Below are positions 52,240 to 64,000 of a DNA stretch of 64,000 nucleotides, piece after piece. Under the pieces are notes generated by a model. That model did no database searches. It had not been told where the DNA came from and saw only the letters and a list, made by a program, of their open reading frames with translations. The position numbers and the translations under genes were made by a program. The stretch comes from Basidiobolus meristosporus CBS 931.73 (taxonomy: Eukaryota > Fungi > Basidiobolomycota): assembly GCA_002104905.1 (NCBI GenBank), contig MCFE01000379.1, forward strand, positions 1-64,000, in the 5' to 3' direction. The number at the start of each line of letters is the position of its first letter. The stretch's first letter is position 1.

Positions 52240-52667
52240 GGTTTAAGGCCAAGCGGGAATATGAGAGAGGAAGAAACGCCTGGTTGGGCATTCGCTCCTA
52301 TATGGTTGATTACTACGAAAAAAAACTTTCCATTCGAGGATTTTTTTCTGATCTTTTGACTGGATGGATGGTGGTTTAGTTCCCGTGATCCGCTAGTTAT
52401 CAGAATTCCCGGCCAGTTTAATCAGAAATGTATGCTTGCTTGGCTTCTTGTTTAGCCAGTCGGAGGTTGTTTTTGTTTTGAATGTGGCTGATGGTCGTTG
52501 ATTGGGCCATAGGTCATGGTGTTTACACATTGAGCCAAATCATAAATAAACAACTCCCGGTCACTAATACTAGTTTAATCGTCTGTTTGGTTTGCACTTA
52601 CACCACCTAGAGTGAACTTGTACCGGTTTCGTTTTCTTACTTTCGACCCATACACGAAGCACAGCCC

Positions 52668-55600
52668 ATGAGCAAATTCAACATCCAGGACGAGCTGGAG
52701 AAGCTTCAGGACAACAGCGTCAAAATCGACAATGAGGTGGATGTCGCCAACTTGAATCCCGCTGCCGTGGAGACGTTTTTGAACGGTAGGGTCCCCACTT
52801 TTACGCTTCCTTTTGAAATGTCCATCTAACCTTTGGGATGAGCAGATGCTGTAGATAAAATCGAAGATAACTGCGAGTCTATCACCGACATGGAGGTGTT
52901 CGACTGCTTTCGCAGTTTCATCAAGTAAGGATCCATGGAAGCCATCTGTATTCATGCACCAGTACTGATCTTCCACCAAATCAAATAGGTATTTCGACTT
53001 GCTAAAGCCACAACAGAGCAACAAGCTCTTGGACATCATACTGTCTGGATTCCAGACCCAAATCGATCAAACAGAGGAGGCAGCCTCGAGCAATAGTCCA
53101 CCATACGACCAGCAAATCCAAGCGTTGATGATGTATGGATTTCTTCTTCATTGGCTCACGAGAGTGGCCGAAAAGAGGGCTATGGCCAAGAGCACCGCTG
53201 ACAAGAATGCCGCTAAAGCCAAGAAGCCTCGCAGTAAGCGTGACGAAGAGCAAGAATCGTGGGACTGGATGCAGCATAAGCAAAAATCATTGGAATTGAT
53301 GTCCAGAATGCTCGACATCAAACTGAACAAAATCTGCAGCTCCTCCCATGAGCGCGACACATGCGTCAATCTACTCACTCGCTCCGCCTATCAAATTCTC
53401 GAGAATCCAGATAACACGAAGGCCACACCAATCAAGCTCCAGGCGTACCACATCATCAACAAGAGCGTTGTCGACTATGAACACTCATTTGCTGCGCAAA
53501 CCACGATCTTGCAGAACCTCCAATACTATGAGCACTTAAGTGAGCCGATGGCTGAACTTCTACATTCGCTGGCCGAACAGTTTGAGTATCCACAACTCGC
53601 CGAAACCATCCTCCGTGAGGTCAGCAACAAGAATTTCCACACGAATGACAAGAACGGGCCCAAGTCGTTCGCACGCTTCCTGGTTAAGCTCTCCGAACTC
53701 TCGCCGAAACTGATACTCAAGCAGATGGGGCTGTTGGTTCGTCAGCTGGACAGCGAATCTTATGTGCTCCGCTGCGCGTTGATCGAGATTGTAGGCCATA
53801 CCATTCTGCACTTGGCCACGCTGGAACAGAACGACATTCAACACAAGCAGATCGATCACTACTTTGACGTCTTGGAGGAAAGATTTAGAGACCTGAATTC
53901 CATCTGTCGATCCAAGGTCTTGCAGGTACTGTCTCTACTTTGCGACAGCAAGGCCAAGTTCCCCAAGAGAAGACCTCGCCTGGTCGCCCTGGTTATCAGC
54001 CGGCTAGAGGACAAAAGCAGCAACGTCCGGAAAAATGCCATCAGGACACTTTCCAGGTTTTTGGAGACGCATCCCTTCCTGATTGAAGGGGGTGAGCTGT
54101 TCCTGGACACTTTCCAGAACAGACTGAACCAAATCGATCAGGAATTGAAGGAGATTGTTATCCCCTCCCTGGGCAAACCCAATTCCAAGAAGAAGTCTAG
54201 AAAGCTATCTCACAAATCCACCGACGAAAGCCGTGACGATGATTCTTCCGAGCAGAGCAATGACGAGGAGGAGGAAGAAGAGGATCAAGCCGAGGGCGAA
54301 CAAGACGGCTCCGATGAGCCTGCCCCTAACCCACTCATGAACCCAGAAACCGCCACCAAGGTGATTCAACTTCAGTTCCACAAACGCTACTACACAGACG
54401 CTGTTCAATTCGTCGAGAGCATCCATGAGGCGATTCCTGTACTCTGCCAGCTACTCGGATCCACCACCAAGGCTGAGGTGATCGAAGCCATGGATTTCTT
54501 TGTTACCGCCACTAGATACAAGATCCAAATGGCCCAAGAGGGAATTCGTAAGATGCTTCACTTGGTCTGGGTCAAGGATAACGGCAATGACGAAACCAAG
54601 GGGGTTCGAAGCCGCCTAATCGATTCCTTCCGTGCGCTGTATCTGACCAGCGACCCAAGCCTTACTCCCAAGGAGAACGTCAATCTTTTCTCCAAAAATC
54701 TAATCGGTTTGACCCTGGACTCTTCTCTGGCAGAGCTGACCTCCTTGGAGGAGATTCTGAGCATCATCATGGCCGAGGGATATATTCCTGAAGAGCTGGT
54801 GTCTAAATTATGGGGCGTGTACGGCATCACGAAGAAGGAAATCCAAAGATCCAACGTCGCGGCGCCATCATCATTTTGGGAATGCTAGCCAAGGCCAAGA
54901 AAGAGATCATCTCGGAGAGAATCGATCTTCTACTTAAGATTGGTATGGGCGATTTGGGCAGGGATGACTTGGGCTTGGCAAAATACACCTGCCTGGCGCT
55001 GCAGAGACTAGGTGAGGTGAAGAGAGGCAAGGGTCTGGTCAACACTGGCAACATTCGTCTTCCTTTGTCGCATCCGATCTTCAAGAAGATTGAGGAGTTC
55101 ATTGAGCAAGACTCCGACTCCAGTGAGTGGTCTACCGTTGCGGAGCAAGCCGTCAACACCGTCTATCTACTCTGCGACCACCCCGATGTTTTGTGTGGAA
55201 ACATCATCAAAGCTAAAGCACGCCAAGTGTTTGCTAAAAGCCCAGCAGCCGAAGCGGAGTCCGAATCAGAAACGAATGACGACTCCAAGCACAACGCCCA
55301 AACCACCTCATTGCTCTCGCAACTGCTCTTCATTGTAGGCCACGTTGCCATGAAGCAGATCGTTCATCTAGAGGTCATCGAGAGCGCCTGGAAAAAGAGA
55401 AAGGCCGAGGCCAAGCAGTCGGCCAGCAAGAAGCCAGATGATGATGAGTTGGATCAGGTGGTTGGATCGACCGAAGATGATGTTGCCGACGTGATCAGCC
55501 ATGTTCGTGAACGGGAATTGCTTTTCGGAGCCAAATCGTTGTTGGCAACATTCGGGCCCATGGTCGTACACATCTGCGCAAACAACACCACCTACCCCGA

Positions 55601-56561
55601 CCGCTTGCTTCAAATCAATGCAGCATTGGCACTGGCGAAGTTCATGTGCGTCAGCAGTGACTTTTGTGAGAAACACCTTCAGCTGCTCTTCACCATGCTG
55701 GAGAAATCTGACGACCCAATTGTTCGAAGCAACATTGTGATCGCACTTGGCGATGTGGCGGTCTGCTTCAATACCCTGGTTGGCGAGAACATCGCATTCC
55801 TTTACAAACGCCTCCGGGATCCAGACAGTTCTGTGAAGAAGAACACGTTAATGGTGCTTACGCATCTAATCCTCAACGGAATGATCAAGGTGAAAGGACA
55901 GCTGGGCGAGATGGCCAAATGCTTGGAAAACCCCGATCAGAGAATCAGCGATCTCGCTCGCTTGTTCTTCACTGAACTGGCTTCTAAGGATAACGCCGTC
56001 TACAATAACCTCCCCGACATGATCAGTAGCTTATCATCGGGCAACAACGCCGTCGATGAGGAATCGTTCAAGCGGATCATGAAGTTCTTGTTTGAGTTCA
56101 TCAAGGACAAAGAAAGGCAAACCGAGAACATCGTGGAGAAACTGTGCCTCCGTTTCCGCAACACTGATGATCAGCGTCAGTGGAAGGATATCTCGTATTG
56201 CCTTTCGTTGGTCCAGTACCGATCGGACAGAACTTTCAAGAAACTGCTCGACGGTATGGTGTACTTCCATGATAAGCTCCACAACAACACCGTCCATCAC
56301 CACATGATGGAGATTGTTACCAAGGCCAGGTCTCAAGTGTGGCAACGAGACAAATCGATGGTGGATGAATTCGAGAGTAAGATCGCGGAAATCAGAAAGT
56401 TCGCCGAGAAGCCAAGCGATGAGCTGGACGACGAAGATATTGCCGCCATCATCGGCGAACCAACGGAGGAGGAGCAAGAGAGCGAGGCCGAGGAATCCGA
56501 CGAAGAATCTGGCGAGACCAAACAGGAATTGGAGACCAGTGAGATCCTCGCCTCAGCCTAG
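52668..56561 (+). CDS. YCS4: Condensin complex subunit 1 (Cnd1/YCS4/CAP-D2); two 5' introns and an apparent 1-bp frameshift at ~54843
   Basis: HEAT-repeat motifs LEDKSSNVRKNAI, KAEVIEAMDFF, IRKMLHLVW, QRRGAIIILGML, RSNIVIALGDVAVCFN and LTHLILNGMIKVKGQLGEMAKCL. Confidence 0.95.
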
Positions 56562-56876
56562 ATTTGTTAATGAAACCATACTTTTTGTTTTCCTTTGTAT
56601 GTTGCCCTCCAATCTGTATATATTCCGTTGGCTTGTTTACTAAACTAGATACATTCATTGTTTACTTCCCTGCCTAAATTATTATCAAGCGAGATGAGTT
56701 TTGTTTACTTCCTGCCTACATAGCAAGTTGTTTGCTCGTTATAGAAAGCGAAGGATGTGGCGAGGTGAATATGTAGATACAGCGAAGGGTTTATTGAAAA
56801 ATAGAATTGTTATGGAATGATTTCTTCTATGCTTAAATATTTGAAAAGTCCGTGTAAATCATTGTTTAAGTAGTGG

Positions 56877-58342
56877 TTAAATTAAAATTCGGTCTTGATG
56901 GCATTGATCGTCAAATCCAGGCATGGGGAAAGACATGGCGAACTCCTGGACCTCCTTCTTCAACTTCTCTAATTCCTCATTGCCCTCAAGAGTGGCTACG
57001 AAATCCTTGATGAGCTTGCTACCAGCCTTCTCTTGAGCAGCAAGAGCAATTTGGACCGCACGATGAAGGAATTCAGCAACCTTAACGAAATCTTCCTCCT
57101 TGAAACTTCTGGAAGTCAAAGCAGAGGCTCCGATACGAACACCACCTGGGGTAACTGCGGATACGTCACCATGGACTGCGTTCTTGTTGAGGGTAATGTG
57201 GCACATGTCACACAACTTCTCCAACTTGGAGCCAGTCAATTTCTGAGGTCTAAGATCCCACAAAACCAAATGATTGTCGGTTCCATTGGTGACAATCTTG
57301 TAACCGTGGCTAGCAAGTGTTTCGGCCAAAGTACTAGCATTGGCACGAACTTGCTTAGCATATTGCTTGAACTCGGGGGAGCCAGCTTGCTTGAGGGCAA
57401 CAGCTACGGCAGCAATGGTGTTGTTGTGTGGTCCGCCTTGGCAAGAGGGGAAAACAGCCTGGTTGACTCGAGATTCGATGTCGTTCTTCTTGCGGAAGAA
57501 GATGATACCGGCACGAGGACCTCTGAGAGTCTTGTGGGTGGTGGTAGTGACAATATCACAATATTCGAAGGGGTTTCTAGCTTCTTGGGCAGCGACCAAA
57601 CCAGAAATATGGGCCATATCGCACATAAGGTATGCACCGTGTTGGTCAGCGATCTTTCTGAATCTGGCGTAGTCCCAGTCTCTAGCATAAGCAGAGGCAC
57701 CACAAATCACCAGTTTGGGTCTGAAGAGAGCAGCATTTTGCTCCAGTCTATCATAGTCGATGATGCCAGTAGCGTTGTCAACTTGATAGGGCATGGATTC
57801 GAAGTAAATCGACGAGGAAGAAATCTTCTTCTTGGAGGTTTGGTAACCGTGAGTCAAATGACCACCAGAAGGTAAATCAAGACCCATAATACGGTCGTGG
57901 GGCTGGATCAAAGCAGTGAAGGCGGCGAAGTTGGCAGTACTGCCAGAATAGGGTTGAACGTTAACTCCCCATTCCTCAGGGTTCAAGTTGAAAGCTTTAA
58001 GGGCACGTTGGCGGCAGATATTTTCAACCTGGTCAATGAATTCGTTACCACCGTAGTAGCGAGCGCCTGGAAGACCTTCCGAGTACTTGTTGGTGAGGCA
58101 AGAACCGTTGGCCTCAATCACAGCTTGGGAGGTGAAATTCTCCGAGGCAATCAATTCTAAGCCAGAGAACTGTCTGAATTTCTCTTTTTCAATGAGGTCG
58201 AAGATTTCTCTGTCTTCTTGCTCTAACGAAGTGTTGAGACAAGTATTCTGAAAGCAAGGGAATCGGTTAAAGAAGAAAACGAATGCAGAAACAGTATCCT
58301 ATTGCATACCCAGTTATCAGCAGGCTTAGTATTGTAGACCAT
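56877..58342 (-). CDS. SHM2: Serine hydroxymethyltransferase, cytosolic type; intron 58248-58309
   Basis: [11 protein letters not shown]|[55 protein letters not shown] and FPSCQGGPH. No mitochondrial presequence. The last few codons are uncertain. Confidence 0.96.
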
Positions 58343-58876
58343 TTTAGAATCAGGCGATGGAAGAAGGATAGGTAGCGGATGGATCAGGATGGACAGGGAA
58401 GTTTTATAGCTACGAGGTTTTGACTCAGAACAAGCGCAGAATTTAAACGTAGATGATTTACCCCATTTCTCAAAACCATCTAAATATTCGTGTACAATGA
58501 ATTGTTGAACTAATCAAAAAACCCGTGTTTTCATTTTCAACAAATTATTCCACTGCTTAGTGGTGGAATCCTGAAAGTATTCGCTCTCATCTCATCTTGT
58601 TACAGCGAAGCATGGCCAATTTTGATTGGATGTCGAGTTCTCGCGTAATGAGTCAGGGTCATCAACAAGATTATCCGCGCGTTGGTCACCTTGAGTAAGA
58701 CTCTCCATAAATGGGATTTGGTGCGAGCTTCGTCTGCTATCAAAGAGATAGGATCTACTGAATGCTGTGGTTCTGGAATAGACTGATTGCTTGGATTATC
58801 CCTGATGTTTGTCCATTTTCTATTCTGGTTTTAAGCAAGTGGATACTTGTGTTCATTCTATGTAGTGGTTTAACAT

Positions 58877-60247
58877 ATGTCAGGGTTTGAGAATCTCTTG
58901 GAGCAGTTGCTCATTATCTGCCGTGTACTTAGCTTAGCCAATTCCCAGAATTTCTGTTGGACAATAGAGTTATTTCAACAGGGCGAGGCTTGGTGTACTC
59001 ATATACAAACTGTACTTCAAGAATTGTCCAAATCAGACCAAGTGGAGGTGTACGACCTTCTGTTGAGCCAGGTTGACTCATCTTTACGTATACCTAGCTT
59101 GAGAGTTTTATTGGAAGCCAAAGTTCATTTTTATAAGGCTCTTTTCCTAAACGAAGCCCTCTCAAAGTTGCTTGTTTCTAAAGTATGGTCGACTTGGAAA
59201 AGTACGAGTACCTCCAAAAATCTCTCAAGAGTAAGTCAGGTTGTGAATGCTTTAAAAGCTTGTTTCCCCGGATTGAACTTCCACTCGTATAACCTAGAGT
59301 ATTCAAGCCGTTGCTGTTACCACAGCCTCGATCGATATTATGCTGGAAGCTACAAAAAAAGCTGCTTGAGAGAATCCAAAGTCCGAAGTCCAACGAAGGT
59401 ATTACTTGTGTAATGTTTGCTGATCATTAGCTTAGGTGGTAATGCTATATTGATTTATTAGGGGAGGGATATGTAACTCGGTATAAGTATAAGCTCTCGC
59501 CTAGTTCTACCGTCAAGAATGTTATGGCGAAAATATGGCTTTTAAGGATAATCCAATTGGTTGTAAAAGAGTTGAATGGCTTTGATGCAGCGACGATTGA
59601 AAAGCACATTTCACTAGAATGCAAAAATTTGGTTGAAAACCAGTCAGGGGGAATGGTATGGGCTAGCGGGCTTATTGTGGTTTACTGTTCATACATTCAT
59701 GTGAAGCATAGTCTAACTTGAAATTTGTTGCTCCAGGAAATTCTAGTATTATGCTTATTTTTGAGGGATGAAGATCTCTCTCGAGCTGTAGAGATGAGGA
59801 ATATCAAACTTGAGGAAGACTCCATACCGCCTGTTCAGCTGCTGTCTTAGCAAGTGGCTTTTGATGAAAGTTGTGTCGAAGGAGACACCGATCACGAGCA
59901 AGTTGTGGAGCCTTCCGTACTGGATTTTATGTCAGTTGGCTAAAACACATCCCACCTTCTTGCCACATTATCTCAGTCATCTCAAGTCGATGACCAAACT
60001 TTGTCAACAGAGAATGGCTAACGTTGATGGTTGGGCTGGTATCTCAAAGTGCGGATTCACCGATTTGAAGTGTACGTGGAATCTACTCGTAACTACCACA
60101 GCAGCAGGTCTTGACCAGCAAGCTCGAATGGCACTTCAAGGGCTGCGGCATGAGAGCCGTAGCAGCTTTGAGGATTCACTAGTATTACATGGTGAACGTG
60201 AAATCATGTATCAGCAATATTGGAGTCGTTTTTTTGATTTGAAATAA
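58877..60247 (+). CDS. FANCF: Putative FANCF (Fanconi anaemia group F)-like protein; exon structure not fully resolved
   Basis: The N-terminus ENLLEQL..VLSLANS..CW..LFQQGEAWCTHIQ...LLEAKVHFYKALFLNEAL and the C-terminus WSLPYWILCQLAKTHPTFLPHYLSHL...W.G...FTDLKCTWNLL match the FANCF pattern as recalled from the human protein. Not verified by search. Confidence 0.6.
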
Positions 60248-60625
60248 TCCCTGTACTTATGCTAAGCTTAGCCAACAGTAGTATAGATTGTGACTGCGCC
60301 TTAAAAAATGTAAATATTTTCCACCTCCTCTTCAACCCGCATTCAATCACCAAACCGCAATCACTTCATAAATTAATACGCTCATTCAAAGCTCATTAGT
60401 GTGTGATGAATCATCCTTGGAGTAGTAAACTTTATGTTACGTAATATTCGTCGTTTTTACAAAAAGTGCAAGTTTTTAATGCTCAGGAGTTCTCGTGTAC
60501 AAAGTTAACAAGCGTTTATAACATCATTTATGAAATTTACCTTTGTCATACATACCATCACGTTCTCGACAATTGGATTCTGGCGAATTATATAAGTTAC
60601 TGATACCTCCTTCTGATGAGTTAAA

Positions 60626-61884
60626 ATGAATATTTCTGAGAAAAGAAGGGTCAGCGGTTCTAATAATGAAGTAAAGGGGGATGAAATGAAATTTCGCGAC
60701 GAGAAAAGACCTAAGGTATCCAGTAAGTACTTCAGCCAAAGCCATACTCAAGTCAGCCTTGAATCACCGGAGAGAGAAGCATCAACTAATGCTGACACGA
60801 ATGTTGAATGCAATGGCAACCTATCAGATATTTCTACCAGAAGTATCCCGTTGTCATTCAAGCTTGTAAGGAAGATAAAAAGGCAAGGCGAACTGGACTT
60901 GCTGTATTTCCAGAGACTGATACCAGAAAAGTTGGCTACCAATCTATTTCAATGGTGTTTGTCCGAGTTACCTTGGTATAGAGTACAGTATACTGTTGGC
61001 AACAGGCACGTATTGACACCGCGATGGACCACGTTATTTGGAAAAGATTTCACGCCACACACGCCGACAGACAAGGTTTATCGTAGAAAGCCTCAGCCCA
61101 TTCCCAAGAGATTAATCGATCTCGTTAAATTAATGGAGTCATATATCGACCAAGTCAATAATTCAAATGAGATAATAATCCAAAAAAATAGCACCCCGAG
61201 CTCATCACACGATATCAGAACCATGTTCAGCAGAGTAACATCTAAGAAAACCCCAAAGCCTGAAAGCACAGCTGATGATACATCAAGCATACTACAGCAA
61301 CCATTAGCTGGCCCACCGAATTCGACGCCGCAGGGGAAAGCTCCAAACAAATCAATCGACTATGATCGAACCGCTTTTAATATTGTACTTTTGAATTATT
61401 ATGAGACTGGTAGTGACTCTATCAGTTACCATTCAGACGACGAAAGCTTCTTGGGCGTCAATCCAACCATCGCCAGCTTTACACTTGGTGGCTCAAGGGA
61501 TTTCCTTATGAAGCACAAAGTTAATTCTGACCTGAAGGAGAAGTTTACCTTTGCGAATGGCGATTGTTTGGTCATGCAGGTAAGTAAGCATACATACCAA
61601 GCAATGTAATGGGTCGATTCTTAACCCCTTTAATCTAGGGTGGCACTCAGAGTAATTGGTTACACGCAATCCCGAAGAGAAACACTGCAGTACAACCAAG
61701 AATTAATATCACGCTGAGAAAATCCATCAGTATAGAGGGAACAAACAATTACTATAAAGTAAGTAACGCTGCAGATAACAGACAACACGCAATTAGTAAC
61801 GCGTTCATTACCGTGTAGTTCAACGTTGGAGATGGGGCTGCTTACCGCTATCGTCAAGGTAAAATGGTTCCAGAGATGAGCTGA
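60626..61884 (+). CDS. AlkB-family Fe(II)/2-oxoglutarate dioxygenase (ALKBH2/3-like); introns 61580-61638 and 61759-61818
   Basis: TPRWT..FG, FNIVLLNYYE..SDSISYHSDDE, IASFTLG..RDF, GDCLVMQ|G.TQSNWLHAIPKR and PRINITLR, giving the HxD...H and RxxxxxR motifs. Confidence 0.92.
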
Positions 61885-62304
61885 CCCTACTTCATTTCTG
61901 AATAGATTTGGTGAATAGCGCAACCAAGATATCTGAGCAATAAAAAGTTACTGTGTATATTTAAGGTTTTTGGTTGTGAAACCAGGATATCTTCATATAG
62001 ACTAGAGAGGAACTGCAGCGGCGATCAGCTACCAATCATTTCCCTGGAAGGAGCAATGCGCTTCGGATTCCAAATCGGATGTTGAACTCGGTAATACTAC
62101 TTGGATAACATATACAAGTGAACACCAGTACAGCCACAACCAGAGTCATGTGAAGAGTTGGGGTGAATATCTGCTCAATATGAACCCTAAAAGTATTGGC
62201 TTAAGAGTGAATATAATCGTGTGAAGTTCTAAATTAATTCCTGGGCTCAGAATTGGTATAAATATTGCGCTTCAACCGTCAACAGCAGGCACGTTATTTG
62301 AACT

Positions 62305-63183
62305 ATGGAGGCTAATTCAAACCAAGTGTCTTCCAATCATGCGTTCACTCGAATGACTCCCTCGTCAATCATGAGTTTGACGAGCTCTCACTCTATACTT
62401 CCTTTTGCCTTGCCAAGTATTCAGTCGGCATCGCCAGATACCTCTCCGAGCCTTCACCCTCATATGTTGCCTTATACTTGTTATGATATGCATGATTCGC
62501 CCCTGGTTTCTCCAAGCTCAAGTACACAAAATTCACCAGCAAGCAAGCCTATCAAGCCTTTAATTAGCCCTAACCTTCGACAGCTTCTTCCAGAAGGTAT
62601 TACATTTAAATCTCTATGGATACCGCAGCTCCTATGCTAACCTTGCAACAACCAGGTTCCCTTCGTGCTGAGCATGCAGCAATGAGACTAGCAACCAAAA
62701 GCAATTACCAGAATATTCTAGACGGTGATTCAGAGTAAGTGGCTGATGAACATTATCTCTTGCGGGTTGACTAACGGTATGTCAGGGTTATAGGGCTGAA
62801 ATACAAGGTAGACATACAATCAGGAATGGAAGTACGTAGAACAAACCACAAGACTGCAGAGCAAAAAAGACGAGACCTTTTAAAGCAATGCTTTGAGGAT
62901 CTCAAATCCGTAACGCCCGATTTAAACGAAAGGAATATCAGCAAGGAGTATATTCTAAAGAAATGTAATAACCCCATTGAGGCGTACACTTGATTGACTT
63001 GCTAACTAAGCTAACTTCTGTTTCAAAGGCCACACACATATATTGTCATTGCGCAATCGAATACGCCATAAGGATGACTACATCAAAGTACTCAAGTCCC
63101 AACTTGCTCGCAGGGGAATCACACCAGTACAATCTCCCCAAGGGAAGACCTCACTTGAGATGGAGAACCTCACAATGGCATGA
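62305..63183 (+). CDS. bHLH(-ZIP) transcription factor, Ino4/Max-like; about 4 exons
   Basis: Spliced exon 62786-62957 reads RRTNHKTAEQKRRDLLKQCFEDLKSVTPDL..ISKEYILKK. The next exon reads HTHILSLRNR...YIKVLKSQL. H-E-R E-box residues are present. Confidence 0.8.
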
Positions 63184-63925
63184 ATACAATGGTTGAATAT
63201 ATGTACATACTCTATTGTTTCTATCTCTATCCCGGTAATAAATCCCCCAATATCATGTTATCTACGCCGTATGTTCATCAACTGGGTTTCCTTACTTGGC
63301 TGTTTCTTTCATGTGTTACAAATACTGGTTCAGCAATTTCTCGGATTCAACTCATTTCCACGTGCCTTATGAATGGAAGATAATAGGCCTTCATGTAGAC
63401 TCCAGGTAGCTCAGTGATGCGGGGATGACTATTGATTAAAGAGCATCGTGGACTGTGAAAGCATATTCATTGGTTTGAGTGGCCTCACAATTTTGGTACC
63501 TATCCCCTAGTGCCAATAAAGTGGAGCTAATCCAAGCATCTGTTTCACCAAGGGCCCATTCTATTGGATACATCAGCAACGAAATCCACACCACACTTCT
63601 CACCCTTGATTGGTTGGAGGCACACAGGTTTTCTCTCAATTTCGGTTAGAGATGCTGCTTTCCAGTGTACTTAGAGGTAGGGATATGATGGTCGGATGAA
63701 ACCAATAATCCCATGAAGCGTGTAGAAAGACTGATGACTACAATATGTTGGGTATCGGAAACCAAACGTTAAGAGAAGAGTTACTGTGTAATTAAATACG
63801 ACTTGGTTGTTCCCAGTAAATAGCTATTGACCAAAGCAACCGGTGTATGGATGTAATGCTTCAAGACTACATCAGTACCACAGCGACATATTGTGATTCT
63901 TACATAACCGCCCCCTTCAGTGGAT

Positions 63926-63997
63926 GCCTGCTTAGCGCAGTGGTAGCGCGTCAGTCTCGTAAACTGAAGGTCGCCAGTTCAATCCTGGCAGTAGGCA
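63926..63997 (+). tRNA. tRNA-Thr, anticodon CGT, intronless
   Basis: Cloverleaf with acceptor GCCTGCT/AGTAGGC, D-arm GCGC/GCGC, anticodon stem TCAGT/ACTGA with loop CT-CGT-AA, T-arm GCCAG-TTCAATC-CTGGC and discriminator A. Confidence 0.93.
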
Positions 63998-64000
63998 ATA

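Noticed and set aside
57033-57875. Long antisense ORFs over SHMT, RPL28, aquaporin and YCS4 (also 41834..42514 and 51644..52156)
   Set aside because: These are typical shadow ORFs of codon-biased genes, with no motifs.
63926-63997. tRNA body resembling elongator tRNA-Met with a CGT anticodon (possible anticodon-shifted tRNA)
   Set aside because: The anticodon stem has a normal T31-A39 pair rather than the U-U of eukaryotic elongator Met, and TCAGT-CT(N)GTAA-ACTGA-AGGTC also matches ordinary eukaryotic tRNA-Thr. The simplest call is tRNA-Thr(CGU).

Overview
Fungal-type eukaryotic DNA, probably from an early-diverging fungus (short GT-AG introns with CTAAC-like branch points, RasB-type Ras, fungal bHLH); the organism cannot be named from the sequence alone. 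Positions 1 to ~33.2 kb are a CpG-depleted stack of nested transposons. It contains at least four copies of one Ty1/copia family, two of them full-length with intact TSDs and inserted into an older copy. It also holds Ty3/gypsy remnants, two solo LTRs, two MITEs and a DDE_Tnp_4 relic. From ~33.8 to 64 kb the window is gene-dense: an orphan coiled-coil gene, mitochondrial MetAP, NAD-GPD, an XIP-like aquaporin, a small LTR-relic island, HIS1, an inverted pair of RasB-like genes, RPL28, condensin YCS4/Cnd1, SHMT, a FANCF-like gene, an AlkB dioxygenase, a bHLH-ZIP factor and tRNA-Thr(CGU). The most striking observation is the convergent Ras pair. One copy naturally carries G13R plus Q61H equivalents, the other is frameshifted, and they share a ~99% identical 305-bp inverted core. 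Also notable are the FANCF-like gene, the NPC/NPAK aquaporin and half-tRNA priming of the copia family. All alignments and family calls were made by eye and from recall, without tools.
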